DNA from: Prochlorococcus sp. AG-347-K17
GTDB taxonomy: Bacteria; Cyanobacteriota; Cyanobacteriia; PCC-6307; Cyanobiaceae
DNA length: 64,000 nucleotides
Direction of reading: 5' to 3'
Assembly: GCA_003281385.1 (NCBI GenBank)
Contig: QCCE01000003.1
Span: forward strand, 34,031-98,030
Part shown: positions 40,302-50,090 of the stretch, piece after piece
How the letters are laid out: each line of letters opens with the position of its first letter
How positions within the stretch are numbered: position 1 is the stretch's first letter
The notes under the pieces: model-generated
Databases searched by the model: none
Seen by the model: only the letters and a program-made list of their open reading frames with translations
Told to the model about the DNA's origin: nothing
Translations under genes and position numbers: made by a program

Positions 40302-40469
40302 TTAGTAATCATTATCTGCTACACACATTCCTAAACATCTAACACCATTTGATGCAGTCCTTTTGCAATGATTACATAAAATGGGATCTTCCTTTGATGT
40401 AAGGTTAATTTTTGAATTATTTTGATCTTTGAAAATTATTAACTCTTGAGTTGAATCAGATAGAGTCAT
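40302..40469 (-). CDS. small Cys-rich hypothetical protein (55 aa from MTLSD)
   Basis: MTLSDSTQELIIFKDQNNSKINLTSKEDPILCNHCKRTASNGVRCLGMCVADNDY, with a CxxC-x9-CxxxC pattern. The ATG at 40469 lies inside the last 14 nt of the upstream 214-aa gene, which suggests coupling. The longer ORF-track form starts at 40514. Confidence 0.45.
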   Translation of the reverse strand: MTLSDSTQELIIFKDQNNSKINLTSKEDPILCNHCKRTASNGVRCLGMCVADNDY

Positions 40470-41100
40470 TCTTGGAATCATCATTAGAATCGATACTAAC
40501 AACAAGTGAAGCATTTGTGTTGGAAGAGGGTATATCCATAATTTTTACAGTTTCTTTAGGCTCATCAATAATTTGATTTTCTTCAGTACTCTCATCTACT
40601 GAACAAGCTTCAAGAGCCTCTCGAAGTAGTGAATCAAAAGTTGCCCCAGGCAATCTATGTCTAGCAACCTCAAGAAAAGTTCTTGGTAATGATTCAGATG
40701 CAGCATCTCGTAAAGCAGGATTATTCTTTCTGTGTTCTTGTTCTTCTTCTATTGATTTAATAAACCTCAGTGTGACATCTCTTTTGGTAGAGGCTTTTAT
40801 CAGCGTATCGTTTTCAGGATTACTAACATTAGGCTCATTTTCAAGGTCACTAAGTCTTTTTTCCAAACTATTTAAAACTTCATTAGCTTCTTTACTAATA
40901 TGAGCTAATTGTCCATCGGACAAATTAGGTAAATCAGCTACAAAAACTTTCCCATGATCCCTTAGTGTCAAGAAAGTTGGTCTAGGGCCTTGAGCCTGTC
41001 TACCAATTGTTTCAGAATTATTCCCAATTGGTCTTTTTGGAGGTGTAGGGCCAGCTGAACTTCGTCTACGTGTAATTCTTTGATTATTTGCAAAAGGCAT
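40456..41100 (-). CDS. conserved hypothetical protein (basic N-terminus, helical acidic core)
   Basis: 214-aa ORF with good coding appearance and no motif that I recognise. Confidence 0.6.
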   Translation of the reverse strand: MPFANNQRITRRRSSAGPTPPKRPIGNNSETIGRQAQGPRPTFLTLRDHGKVFVADLPNLSDGQLAHISKEANEVLNSLEKRLSDLENEPNVSNPENDTLIKASTKRDVTLRFIKSIEEEQEHRKNNPALRDAASESLPRTFLEVARHRLPGATFDSLLREALEACSVDESTEENQIIDEPKETVKIMDIPSSNTNASLVVSIDSNDDSKNDSI

Positions 41101-41232
41101 TGAATAAAGGTTAAATCTTAATACTTAAACTTCCGATATAATTCGGCGGTAATTTTATTATATTACACCTAACTTTTTCATTTGGGTATAAAAAATAATT
41201 TTTTAAAACTCATTTAAAAAAGTTGAATAAAT

Positions 41233-42276
41233 TTAAGTTAAAATTTCCGGCAAAAATTTACTAATTGTTGAATCATTTTTTCTAACTATCTTTCCAATTT
41301 CCCAACTATCTATATCATGATCTTTACAGATACTTAATATCGGGTCCTTAAATTGTTTATCAATAATTAAACAAAATCCCACTCCAAGATTGAAAGTATT
41401 CCAAAAATCTTTTTCAGGAATAGATCCTTTGTCCTTAAGGTATTTAAATAAAATAGGTATTTCCCAAGAACTAGTATTGATATAAGGAATAAAATCAGAA
41501 GGCATACATCTTGGTAAATTTTCTGGAATTCCTCCTCCAGTAATATGAGACATTGCTTTAATTTCTATATTTTCTGATAACATTTGATTAATCACATTAT
41601 TGTAAATTTTTGTAGGTTTCAATAATTCATCATAAAAATTCAAGTGATAAACTTTTTCAAATTCTTTATCTATTTGATTATTGTTTTGAATAATTTTTCT
41701 TACTAAACTAAAACCGTTACTATGAACTCCATTACTTTTTAAAGCAATTATTAAGTCGTTTTCAGATACTTTTTTACCATTAATAAGCTTATCCTCATCA
41801 ACTATTCCAACACAAAATCCAGCAAGATCATACTTATTTTGTGAATAAAATCCAGGCATTTCAGCAGTTTCTCCACCGAGTAATGAACAGTTATTTTCTC
41901 TGCAGCCATGTGAAATTCCCTGAACAACTCTCAATAATTGTTTCTTATCAAGCTTACCAGTAGCAATATAATCTAGAAAAAATAAAGGTTTTGCCCCACT
42001 AGTAATGATATCGTTCATGCACATACCAACTAAATCGATACCAACCTCAAAGTGAAAGTTTTTACTTTGGGCTAATTCTAATTTTGTTCCAACACCATCA
42101 GTTCCTGAAACAAGAACTGGTTTTTTAAAATTATCGATAGGAATTCTAAACAAACCTCCGAACCCTCCAATACCCTCAATCACATTAGATGTATGAGTTC
42201 CTTCAACTGCCTGTTTAATTTCGGAAACAAATTCTCGCCCAGCTTCTATATCAACCCCTGATGTTTTGTAATCCAT
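41233..42276 (-). CDS. purM: phosphoribosylformylglycinamidine cyclo-ligase (AIR synthetase)
   Basis: 347-aa ORF starting MDYKTSGVDIEAG, with GIGGFGGLF, VSGTDGVGTKL and LGGETAEMPG blocks. Confidence 0.96.
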   Translation of the reverse strand: MDYKTSGVDIEAGREFVSEIKQAVEGTHTSNVIEGIGGFGGLFRIPIDNFKKPVLVSGTDGVGTKLELAQSKNFHFEVGIDLVGMCMNDIITSGAKPLFFLDYIATGKLDKKQLLRVVQGISHGCRENNCSLLGGETAEMPGFYSQNKYDLAGFCVGIVDEDKLINGKKVSENDLIIALKSNGVHSNGFSLVRKIIQNNNQIDKEFEKVYHLNFYDELLKPTKIYNNVINQMLSENIEIKAMSHITGGGIPENLPRCMPSDFIPYINTSSWEIPILFKYLKDKGSIPEKDFWNTFNLGVGFCLIIDKQFKDPILSICKDHDIDSWEIGKIVRKNDSTISKFLPEILT

Positions 42277-42374
42277 GAAATAAAAATGATAGACTTTCCC
42301 TATATAGATATTCCTCCTAAGATTGCTTTTGTCCAGTAATTATTTATCAAATAGATTTATTTTTTAAAAACAAA

Positions 42375-43907
42375 GTGAAGAAAGTAATCATAAGGAAAAC
42401 TGAAGATATAGAAAATTGGAGGAGAAATATAAATAGTGAAATTAACTTTATTCCAACAATGGGTAATCTTCATAATGGACATATAAAACTAATATCAACA
42501 GCAAAAAATGACAATTCTAATGTTAATTTAGTAAGTATTTTCATTAATCCACTTCAATTTGACAACAAGTTAGATTTAGAGAATTACCCTAAAACAATTG
42601 ATAATGATATAAAAATCTCCTTTTCAAATGGCGCAGATGCCATCTTCATCCCAAGTAATGAAGATATATATCCACCAAATAATAAAAATATTAAATTCCT
42701 AAAAGCCCCAATAGAATTATCTTCTGCATTATGTGGATTAAATCGAATTGGCCATTTTGATGGCGTTTGTACAGTAGTTTATAGACTACTTAATCTCATC
42801 AAGCCAAAGAATCTTTACTTAGGAGAAAAAGATTGGCAACAACTTTTAATTTTAAAAAATCTTGTCCAAAAAAAGAAATTAAATGTTGCTATTAAATCTA
42901 TTGCTACACAAAGAGATTTTGATGGAATTCCTTTAAGTTCACGAAATGTACATTTATCAAAAAACGAAAGAAAATTGATTAGGTTTTTTTCAAGTGAGTT
43001 ATTAGAAGCAAAAAAAATTTTTCAACAAGAAAAAAAGATCAATTTAAGCGAAATAATTAAAAAGCTATCAGCAAAAAAAATTTCAATTGAATATTTAGAA
43101 CATTTAAACCCTCATACACTCCAAAAAGTAAGAATTGAGGATAATATTTCGTTACTTGCTGGTGCGATAAGATGTGGTGAGACAAGATTAATTGATCACG
43201 TTTTTCTAATGAAAAGAAGACCGATTATTGCAATTGATGGTCCTGCAGGATCAGGTAAAAGTACTGTTACAAAGTTAATAGCGAAGAAACTTAAACTTTT
43301 ATATTTAGATACTGGAGCAATGTATAGAGCATTGAGTTGGCTTATTATAAAAGAAAATATTGATTATAAAAAAGAAAAAAAATTACAGAATATTCTTAAA
43401 GATATATCTATTGTTTTCAAGTCGAATACAAATTCATATCAAGATGTTTTTATTAATAACTACTGTGTTACTGAAGAAATTAGATCGCAAGAGATAAGTT
43501 CCATTGTTTCTAAAATTTCTTCAATTAAAGAAGTAAGAAAATTCTTAGTAGAAGAACAAAGAAAAATTGGAGAATCAGGCGGACTTGTTGCAGAGGGAAG
43601 AGATATAGGAACTACTGTTTTTCCTAATGCAGAACTTAAAATATTTTTAACTGCCAGCATCGATGAAAGAGCAAAAAGAAGGAAATCTGACAAACAAAGT
43701 AAAGACTCACAAGAAATAGACCTTCATACATTGAAAGAACTTATAAAAAAAAGAGATTTTGAAGATTCCAATAGAGAAATTTCACCTCTTATAAAAGCGA
43801 ACGACGCAATAGAAATTTTTACTGATGGATATTCAATTGATGAGGTAGTGGATAAAATCATCGATATTTATAACGACAAGATTCCTAAAGAGACTGAGAT
43901 CAAATAA
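42375..43907 (+). CDS. panC/cmk: bifunctional pantoate-beta-alanine ligase / cytidylate kinase
   Basis: 510-aa ORF. The N-terminal half has PanC motifs (PTMGNLHNGH). The C-terminal half has the Cmk P-loop IAIDGPAGSGKST and LDTGAMYR. This fusion is typical of cyanobacteria. Confidence 0.92.
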   Translation: MKKVIIRKTEDIENWRRNINSEINFIPTMGNLHNGHIKLISTAKNDNSNVNLVSIFINPLQFDNKLDLENYPKTIDNDIKISFSNGADAIFIPSNEDIYPPNNKNIKFLKAPIELSSALCGLNRIGHFDGVCTVVYRLLNLIKPKNLYLGEKDWQQLLILKNLVQKKKLNVAIKSIATQRDFDGIPLSSRNVHLSKNERKLIRFFSSELLEAKKIFQQEKKINLSEIIKKLSAKKISIEYLEHLNPHTLQKVRIEDNISLLAGAIRCGETRLIDHVFLMKRRPIIAIDGPAGSGKSTVTKLIAKKLKLLYLDTGAMYRALSWLIIKENIDYKKEKKLQNILKDISIVFKSNTNSYQDVFINNYCVTEEIRSQEISSIVSKISSIKEVRKFLVEEQRKIGESGGLVAEGRDIGTTVFPNAELKIFLTASIDERAKRRKSDKQSKDSQEIDLHTLKELIKKRDFEDSNREISPLIKANDAIEIFTDGYSIDEVVDKIIDIYNDKIPKETEIK

Positions 43908-43909
43908 AT

Positions 43910-44383
43910 TCAAGAAATACTTTCAAAAAAACCGTTTACAGAGTCTTCTAAAATATCAAGGACATAATCGAAGCCCTCATCACCACCAAAATATGGGTCA
44001 GGAACTTCTTGCTCATTAAAAACTGATCTAAAATCTTGTATTTTTTTAATAGATGCAAAATCAGTTGAAGCTGTTCTATTTTTAAGATCTTGAATATTTC
44101 TAAAATTTGAGTTATCCATCGCAAGAATATACTTAAATTCATCAAAATCTTTGTTATTAATTTGACGAGCCCTGCTTAAGATATTTATATTTCTTCTTTC
44201 TGCCGCAATTCTCATTCTAGAGTCAGCTTTTTTTCCAATATGCCAACTCCCAGTTCCAGCAGAATCTACAATAAAGCCATCGGTTAATCCTTTCTGTTCA
44301 AGTAAACTTATAAAGATAGCTTCTGCTGCAGGAGACCTGCAAATATTTCCCAAACATACAAAAAGAACAGAAATTTTTTTCAT
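43910..44383 (-). CDS. low-molecular-weight protein-tyrosine phosphatase
   Basis: Active-site loop VLFVCLGNICRSP (CX5R-S) close to the N-terminus, and DPYFGG near the C-terminus. I take the start at MKKISVLF (44383). Confidence 0.88.
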   Translation of the reverse strand: MKKISVLFVCLGNICRSPAAEAIFISLLEQKGLTDGFIVDSAGTGSWHIGKKADSRMRIAAERRNINILSRARQINNKDFDEFKYILAMDNSNFRNIQDLKNRTASTDFASIKKIQDFRSVFNEQEVPDPYFGGDEGFDYVLDILEDSVNGFFESIS

Positions 44384-44415
44384 ATGATTTTTAATTTCCA
44401 TTAATTATAAGACTT

Positions 44416-45177
44416 TTAAGTAGTAAATAAAACTTCTTTAATTAAAGATTCAGTAAATTCTGTACCAAACAAACTCAACAACATTGGCCTCGCTGGATCA
44501 TTATCTCTTCTATATTTTAAATAATTATTTTGACCATTTATTAATTCTTTTTGGAGTTGCAAATTGGCTTCTCTGCTTTCGAAAAGAATTTCCAAATACA
44601 AATTAAGATATTCCTTAAATGAGGTATAAAGCTGATTAGCAATTAAAAAATCACTTCTTTCTTCTTTTGGCAGTTTTGACCAGATTACCCCAGGAGAAAA
44701 AAATCTAGCTACATCATCAGACATTCTTTCAGCTAATGGGAGTGATGAATGACAACGAGTTTTAAGTTCTATCAATTGTTTTATTAATTTATTACTATAC
44801 TGATTTTCTATTTTTAATGAAGGCTGAAAATCCAATACTAATAAATGACTATTAGGAAGAGAAACAAAATCCACTCCAAAAAATGGGACGTTATAAATAT
44901 TATTAGGAATAATCAAAAAATTTAAAACAGAATAATTTGGACTATTAATACAAACTGCTCTTGCGAATTGAATTCTTTTTTTATGCGATACACCCCAAGT
45001 AGAGAGATTCACATTTTTTTTTGATTTTTTTGAACCATAAGTTGAATCTTTATAAGAATATTCCGATGGTATTATTTTTTCTGAACAGTTATATTTACTT
45101 AAATTATAAGTTAAATATTTTAGAAAATTATGCCATCTCCAATCTGGACTATAAAAAATCGTATCTTGTATTAACAT
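44416..45177 (-). CDS. pebB: phycoerythrobilin:ferredoxin oxidoreductase
   Basis: 253-aa ferredoxin-dependent bilin reductase family ORF, immediately downstream of pebA (TGA then ATG with no spacer). The order ho1-pebA-pebB matches picocyanobacteria. Confidence 0.85.
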   Translation of the reverse strand: MLIQDTIFYSPDWRWHNFLKYLTYNLSKYNCSEKIIPSEYSYKDSTYGSKKSKKNVNLSTWGVSHKKRIQFARAVCINSPNYSVLNFLIIPNNIYNVPFFGVDFVSLPNSHLLVLDFQPSLKIENQYSNKLIKQLIELKTRCHSSLPLAERMSDDVARFFSPGVIWSKLPKEERSDFLIANQLYTSFKEYLNLYLEILFESREANLQLQKELINGQNNYLKYRRDNDPARPMLLSLFGTEFTESLIKEVLFTT

Positions 45178-45888
45178 TCAATGAATCATCTCATTATTTA
45201 ATGTGAAAAGAAATTTATTGATAAATTTATTTGTCCATTTTTCTCCAAAAAAAGATTTAAACAATTTATCTGCAGGGTCTTTTTCAAAACTGTACTTATC
45301 ATATTTAATTTGATTGATCTTTATTTCTTCTGCATTTAAAAAATGATTAACAGGATTGGATTTATAAATATTCAAATAATTATTTACAAATGAATGGAAT
45401 ATATTATTTAAATCTCTATCAAGATTTAATTTATTTCCTCTACATATGATCACCCATGGTGAGAAATACTTTTTTGAATCATATATATTCTTCATTTTAT
45501 TATTATCAAATGCAGAATATTTTTTCTTAATACTACTTAAACTCGAACAATATTTTTCAAGATACTTGCCTTCTTGAATTAAAGGTTGATAATCAAGTAT
45601 TGCTAACAACTTTTGAGAAGTTCCAAACCATAATATATCAGCTCCTAAAATAGGCATTTCACTCTCAAAATTTGGATAGGCGACTGTATTAAAAACTTGC
45701 AGTTTTTTGCCACCATCTAATCTTGTTATTCGCCACTTTCTATATTCTGGAGATGAAAAAAGCCAATTTTTAATAATATATTTTGAGTCTTCATTTTTAT
45801 GTTCCTTGAATTCGCTAGATATTTGTACTTCATGTCCATTTAATTCATCAATATTGGTTTTAAGGAAATCAACTAATGAATCAAACAT
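45178..45888 (-). CDS. pebA: 15,16-dihydrobiliverdin:ferredoxin oxidoreductase
   Basis: 236-aa ORF starting MFDS..., with the [21 protein letters not shown] and GADILWFG blocks characteristic of PebA. Confidence 0.85.
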   Translation of the reverse strand: MFDSLVDFLKTNIDELNGHEVQISSEFKEHKNEDSKYIIKNWLFSSPEYRKWRITRLDGGKKLQVFNTVAYPNFESEMPILGADILWFGTSQKLLAILDYQPLIQEGKYLEKYCSSLSSIKKKYSAFDNNKMKNIYDSKKYFSPWVIICRGNKLNLDRDLNNIFHSFVNNYLNIYKSNPVNHFLNAEEIKINQIKYDKYSFEKDPADKLFKSFFGEKWTNKFINKFLFTLNNEMIH

Positions 45889-45894
45889 AAATTA

Positions 45895-46605
45895 CTAGGT
45901 CTCGGTGCTTCCTTTCCTTACTTTTTTTGTAATGTAATTAAATACAATCTTGCCTAAAACAGCAATCAAATTTCCTTCAAGCTCCTTAAACATTTTCATA
46001 TTGTAAGTAAAAGCTTGATTAGCTTCATCAATAATTTGATCAGCAGTCTTTTGATTTATTGGTAGTTGATTCAAAGTAAGAGAATATTCTTCCTTGAATT
46101 TCTTTTCATCGGCAATTAATTCAAATTCATAAAAATTTAAACCATCATTTCCCCGCAAATTTAATGCTTTTTTAGCAATCCTTTTCAAAATTTGCCCTCC
46201 AGATAAATCTCCTATATAGCGCGTGTAATGGTGACCAACCAATAGCTCTGGTGAATTTTTTGCAACTTCTCGTATTCTCTCAACATATTCTTTAGCTGAG
46301 TGTGAAATATTAATTTCATTCTTCCAGTTATTACCAAAATAAAATTTAAGATCATTTACAAGACTTTCTTTCCTGAATAATGATTTAAAACCTATAGGTT
46401 TTATTACCGGATGTTCCTCATTGACCAATCTTTCAATTTCTTCTTCCATAGCTTCATAAACAAAATACAAATCACTAATTAATTTTCTATAAGATTTTTT
46501 TTCAACAACTCCTTTTAAAAAACAAGCGACAAAGCCAGTATTTTCTGCCATAGTATGGGATTTTTTTGTCCCTTCTCTTAATTGTCCTGCAAGAGCAACT
46601 GCCAT
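45895..46605 (-). CDS. ho1: heme oxygenase 1
   Basis: 236-aa ORF with LREGTKKSHTMAENTGFV (proximal His region) and the HHYTRYIGDLSGGQ block. Confidence 0.95.
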   Translation of the reverse strand: MAVALAGQLREGTKKSHTMAENTGFVACFLKGVVEKKSYRKLISDLYFVYEAMEEEIERLVNEEHPVIKPIGFKSLFRKESLVNDLKFYFGNNWKNEINISHSAKEYVERIREVAKNSPELLVGHHYTRYIGDLSGGQILKRIAKKALNLRGNDGLNFYEFELIADEKKFKEEYSLTLNQLPINQKTADQIIDEANQAFTYNMKMFKELEGNLIAVLGKIVFNYITKKVRKGSTET

Positions 46606-46661
46606 GTATTCTGAATTATTTTAGTAGTGTATTTAATCTACAAGGAAAATACATAAAACAG

Positions 46662-47093
46662 CTAATTTTTGTTACCAGCGGATGTTGTGGAGAATAGCTT
46701 ATAAAGTTCTTTACAAACCAAAAAAAGGTTATCTTTTTGTTCCTTTTGCGGTAAATGAGTGCCAGTCATTTCCCAATTACCGATGGTAGCCACTCTCCAT
46801 CTTTCGGAAGGAACAATCATACCTCGCATTATTATTCCCAACAATTTTGGGACGCTTTCATTATTGTGATTTTCAATTCTTAATTGTAAGAGTATTGCTC
46901 TACATTCAATAAGAGGGCTCCAGCCAGGGAAATGAAAAGCAAAATCGATAGTATCGTGCATGGATTCATTATTTGAATTATCCCAAGGACTAAAGTTGAC
47001 GCTGGCATCTGGAAAATATTTCCGAAACAAAGCAGCAGTAGAAGCAATTTTATTAGCTATTTCAACATTACTTACATTTGAACTCGCATTCAT
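46662..47093 (-). CDS. conserved hypothetical protein next to the bilin gene cluster
   Basis: 143-aa ORF, same strand and immediately upstream of ho1. No motif recognised. Confidence 0.55.
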   Translation of the reverse strand: MNASSNVSNVEIANKIASTAALFRKYFPDASVNFSPWDNSNNESMHDTIDFAFHFPGWSPLIECRAILLQLRIENHNNESVPKLLGIIMRGMIVPSERWRVATIGNWEMTGTHLPQKEQKDNLFLVCKELYKLFSTTSAGNKN

Positions 47094-47303
47094 AAGTAGC
47101 TGAGTATTTTTTTGAAAATGACATAATTTGCTTTAACTTGCTTATTAACTACTTTTTCTTTTAATAAAGATGTTGAAATGCTGATCAATAAAGTATTCTC
47201 TATTCACATTTGAATAATAAATTTCTAGGTTTTAAAGAAAATAACTCATCACAAATTACAATACGAGGAAATTCAATGAGTTATCTTTTATTAATTCAAT
47301 GCT

Positions 47304-48728
47304 ATGCCAAAATTTGAAAAATTAACTTTACCTAATGAAGGCGAGATAATAACTTTTAATCAAGGCAAACCTAATGTTCCTAATAATCCAATTGTCCCAT
47401 TTATTAGGGGTGATGGTACTGGAGTTGATATTTGGCCTGCAACTCAAGTCGTTCTTGATTCAGCGATTAAAAAAAGCTACGGTTATGAAAGAAAAATTAA
47501 TTGGTTTAAAGTCTATGCAGGCGATGAAGCTTGTGAACTTTATGGAACTTATAACTATCTACCTCAAGATACTATTGAAGCAATCAGACATTTTGGTGTA
47601 GCTATCAAAGGTCCTTTAACTACTCCCATCGGAGGAGGTATTAGATCTCTTAATGTTGCTTTAAGGCAAATCTTTGATTTATATAGCTGTGTTAGACCAT
47701 GCAAGTATTATTCAGGAACTCCAAGCCCTCACAAAAATCCTCAAAATTTAGACGTTATTGTTTATAGAGAAAATACTGAGGATATCTACATGGGAATTGA
47801 ATGGGAAGCGGAGGATAATAATTGCCTTGAATTAATAAATCATTTAAATAACATTGTCATACCAAAGAGTAAAAATTTAAAAAATAGATCTATACCAAAT
47901 GGATCAGGTATTGGAATAAAACCGGTGAGTAAATCTGGTAGCCAAAGGCATATTAGAAAAGCTATTGAACATGCTAAAAGATTATCAGGAGATAAAAGAC
48001 ATGTAACTCTTGTACATAAAGGGAATATCATGAAATATACAGAAGGCGCATTTAGAGATTGGGGATATGAATTAGCAGTAAATGAATTTAGAGAAGATTG
48101 CATTACAGAAAGAGAAAGCTGGATTTTAGATAATATTCAGAAAAATCCTGAAATTACAATTGAAAATAATGCTCGAAAAATTGAACCAGGTTTTGACAAG
48201 CTTACAAATAACAAAAAAGCATTCATTTGCGAAGAAATTAAAGAAGTTATTGCATCAATATCAAATTCTCACGGAAATGGAAAATGGAGAGAACTGATTC
48301 TTGTGGATGATCGGATAGCTGATAGTATATTTCAACAAATTCAAACTAGACCTCAAGAATATTCAATCCTTGCAACACTAAATCTTAATGGAGACTATGT
48401 TTCTGATGCAGCTGCAGCAATTGTTGGAGGCCTAGGTATGGCTCCAGGTGCAAATATTGGAGATAATGCCGCAATTTTCGAAGCTACTCACGGTACCGCT
48501 CCAAAACATGCAGGCTTAGACAAGATTAATCCAGGCTCAGTAATTCTTAGTGGTGTAATGATGCTTGAATATTTTGGTTGGGATGAAGCAGCTAACTTAA
48601 TTACTAATGGTTTAAGTAAGGCAATAGAGCAAAAAAAAGTCACCTATGATCTTGCACGCTTGATGGAACCAAAAGTTGACCCCTTATCCTGCAGCAAGTT
48701 TGCTGAAGAAATAATATCAAATTTCTAA
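47304..48728 (+). CDS. icd: isocitrate dehydrogenase (NADP-dependent)
   Basis: 474-aa ORF with IDH blocks (IRGDGTGVDIW, GPLTTPIGGGIRSLNVALRQ, NLNGDYVSDAAAA, GTAPKHAG). Confidence 0.97.
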   Translation: MPKFEKLTLPNEGEIITFNQGKPNVPNNPIVPFIRGDGTGVDIWPATQVVLDSAIKKSYGYERKINWFKVYAGDEACELYGTYNYLPQDTIEAIRHFGVAIKGPLTTPIGGGIRSLNVALRQIFDLYSCVRPCKYYSGTPSPHKNPQNLDVIVYRENTEDIYMGIEWEAEDNNCLELINHLNNIVIPKSKNLKNRSIPNGSGIGIKPVSKSGSQRHIRKAIEHAKRLSGDKRHVTLVHKGNIMKYTEGAFRDWGYELAVNEFREDCITERESWILDNIQKNPEITIENNARKIEPGFDKLTNNKKAFICEEIKEVIASISNSHGNGKWRELILVDDRIADSIFQQIQTRPQEYSILATLNLNGDYVSDAAAAIVGGLGMAPGANIGDNAAIFEATHGTAPKHAGLDKINPGSVILSGVMMLEYFGWDEAANLITNGLSKAIEQKKVTYDLARLMEPKVDPLSCSKFAEEIISNF

Positions 48729-50077
48729 TTTAAAATTTTTTTATTTTCAAAAACTCTCCAAATATTAACAAGTGAATCTTCAGTTCCAATGTTTCCAGGA
48801 TGAGTAACAATAGGCAGTTTTTCATCATTTTTTAAGTTATAAGTCACCACTGAAATGCCTGTTAAAATCTGTCCCTCAAGATAAACATAATCTGCATTAA
48901 GTCCATTACTAAGAATCAAATTTGTTGTTATTCCACCTTTTGAAATCAAATATCCTATTTCATACTTCAAATCTGCGACTAATTCAGCAATAAAACATGC
49001 AAGTAAATTATAAAAATTAAATAGTTCAGAAGAATCTAAGGACATAAATTTTCTTGAAGTAAACAAAACAGGAGTTTTCCCTTTCTCAAAAGAAAATCTA
49101 ATTTCTTTCAAAAATTTATTTTTAAACAAATTCCTTCGCTTCTGATTATTATCTGATGAAGTAATTTTAAAGAATTCAAAAACATCTAATTCAACTGGAT
49201 TACAATTACTTATCTCTAATAAATTATTCAATTGTATTGTTGAAAGTTCTACATAAGATCCAACAATTACCAATCCTGGAAGAAAACTCTTTTCTTTATT
49301 TTTTATTCTTAAATTAGAGAAAAATATTTCACTATGAGAGACACTTTTTTTCTCAGAAATTGAACTTATAAAACTTGCTGCAGTTCGAAAAAGAAATTTT
49401 TTTTGTTTAATTAATTTTTTAATTACTAGAGAAAATTTTTTTAGTTGGGAATAATTTTCTACATCTACAATTACATGTTTATTATTCTTCAAGTTCTTAA
49501 GTTTTTTAAAAACAACATTATTTTCTTCATTATTTAGCGTTTCGATATCTGACAATAAAAGATTTTGAATATCTTCAAAATTTATTTGCGATTTACTCTG
49601 CTGAAATAAAAGATTCTTGATATTACTTGTCTTAAATCCAAAAATTTTATCTTTTGCAAAAATTGTCTGACTAATAGGGGTTTTATCAACAAAATGTGAT
49701 CCATTAATTGTTAATCTTTTACCCTCTATGAAAGCTGGAATATGAAAAGTAGCATCAAAAGGACCTAAGTAACTATTTAGGGCACTTGGCTCTAAAAAGT
49801 TATGTCCTCGAAGAGTAGAGTCTCCTCTACTTATAAAAATAATTTCTTCTTCATAGACTCGAGAAGCAATTACAGTCTTAATATTTTTGCAAATTTCCTC
49901 ATTTGTTAATTTCGCATCATTTTCCGATAGTGACCTTGTATTAGCCAAAATAAAAAATAAATTTGATTTAGATTCAAAACCTTTGACTAAAGTTGAGCAG
50001 TCCCACTTAAGCAGTAATAAACAATCGTGAACAGTTTGAGAACCTGTGGGATCATCATCTATAACGACAAATTTCAT
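48725..50077 (-). CDS. four-carbon acid-sugar kinase family protein (DUF1537/YgbK-like)
   Basis: 450-aa ORF with the family-typical N-terminus MKFVVIDDDPTGSQTV and a C-terminal GGITT-type nucleotide-binding segment (ISKGGITTNLIL). Confidence 0.65.
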   Translation of the reverse strand: MKFVVIDDDPTGSQTVHDCLLLLKWDCSTLVKGFESKSNLFFILANTRSLSENDAKLTNEEICKNIKTVIASRVYEEEIIFISRGDSTLRGHNFLEPSALNSYLGPFDATFHIPAFIEGKRLTINGSHFVDKTPISQTIFAKDKIFGFKTSNIKNLLFQQSKSQINFEDIQNLLLSDIETLNNEENNVVFKKLKNLKNNKHVIVDVENYSQLKKFSLVIKKLIKQKKFLFRTAASFISSISEKKSVSHSEIFFSNLRIKNKEKSFLPGLVIVGSYVELSTIQLNNLLEISNCNPVELDVFEFFKITSSDNNQKRRNLFKNKFLKEIRFSFEKGKTPVLFTSRKFMSLDSSELFNFYNLLACFIAELVADLKYEIGYLISKGGITTNLILSNGLNADYVYLEGQILTGISVVTYNLKNDEKLPIVTHPGNIGTEDSLVNIWRVFENKKILN

Positions 50078-50090
50078 AAATATTGCTTAA

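Noticed and set aside
40302-40514. The Cys-rich small ORF as a prochlorosin/lanthipeptide (ProcA-like) precursor.
   Set aside because: There is no Nif11/NHLP-type leader or GG/GA cleavage motif, and no LanM or other modifying enzyme or transporter in the window. As I recall, prochlorosins are known from low-light clade strains. I kept it only as a generic small Cys-rich protein.
47190-47210. GTATTCTCTATTCA upstream of icd as an NtcA box.
   Set aside because: The downstream half-site is TCA, not TAC. I saw no properly spaced -10 element, so it is too weak to call.
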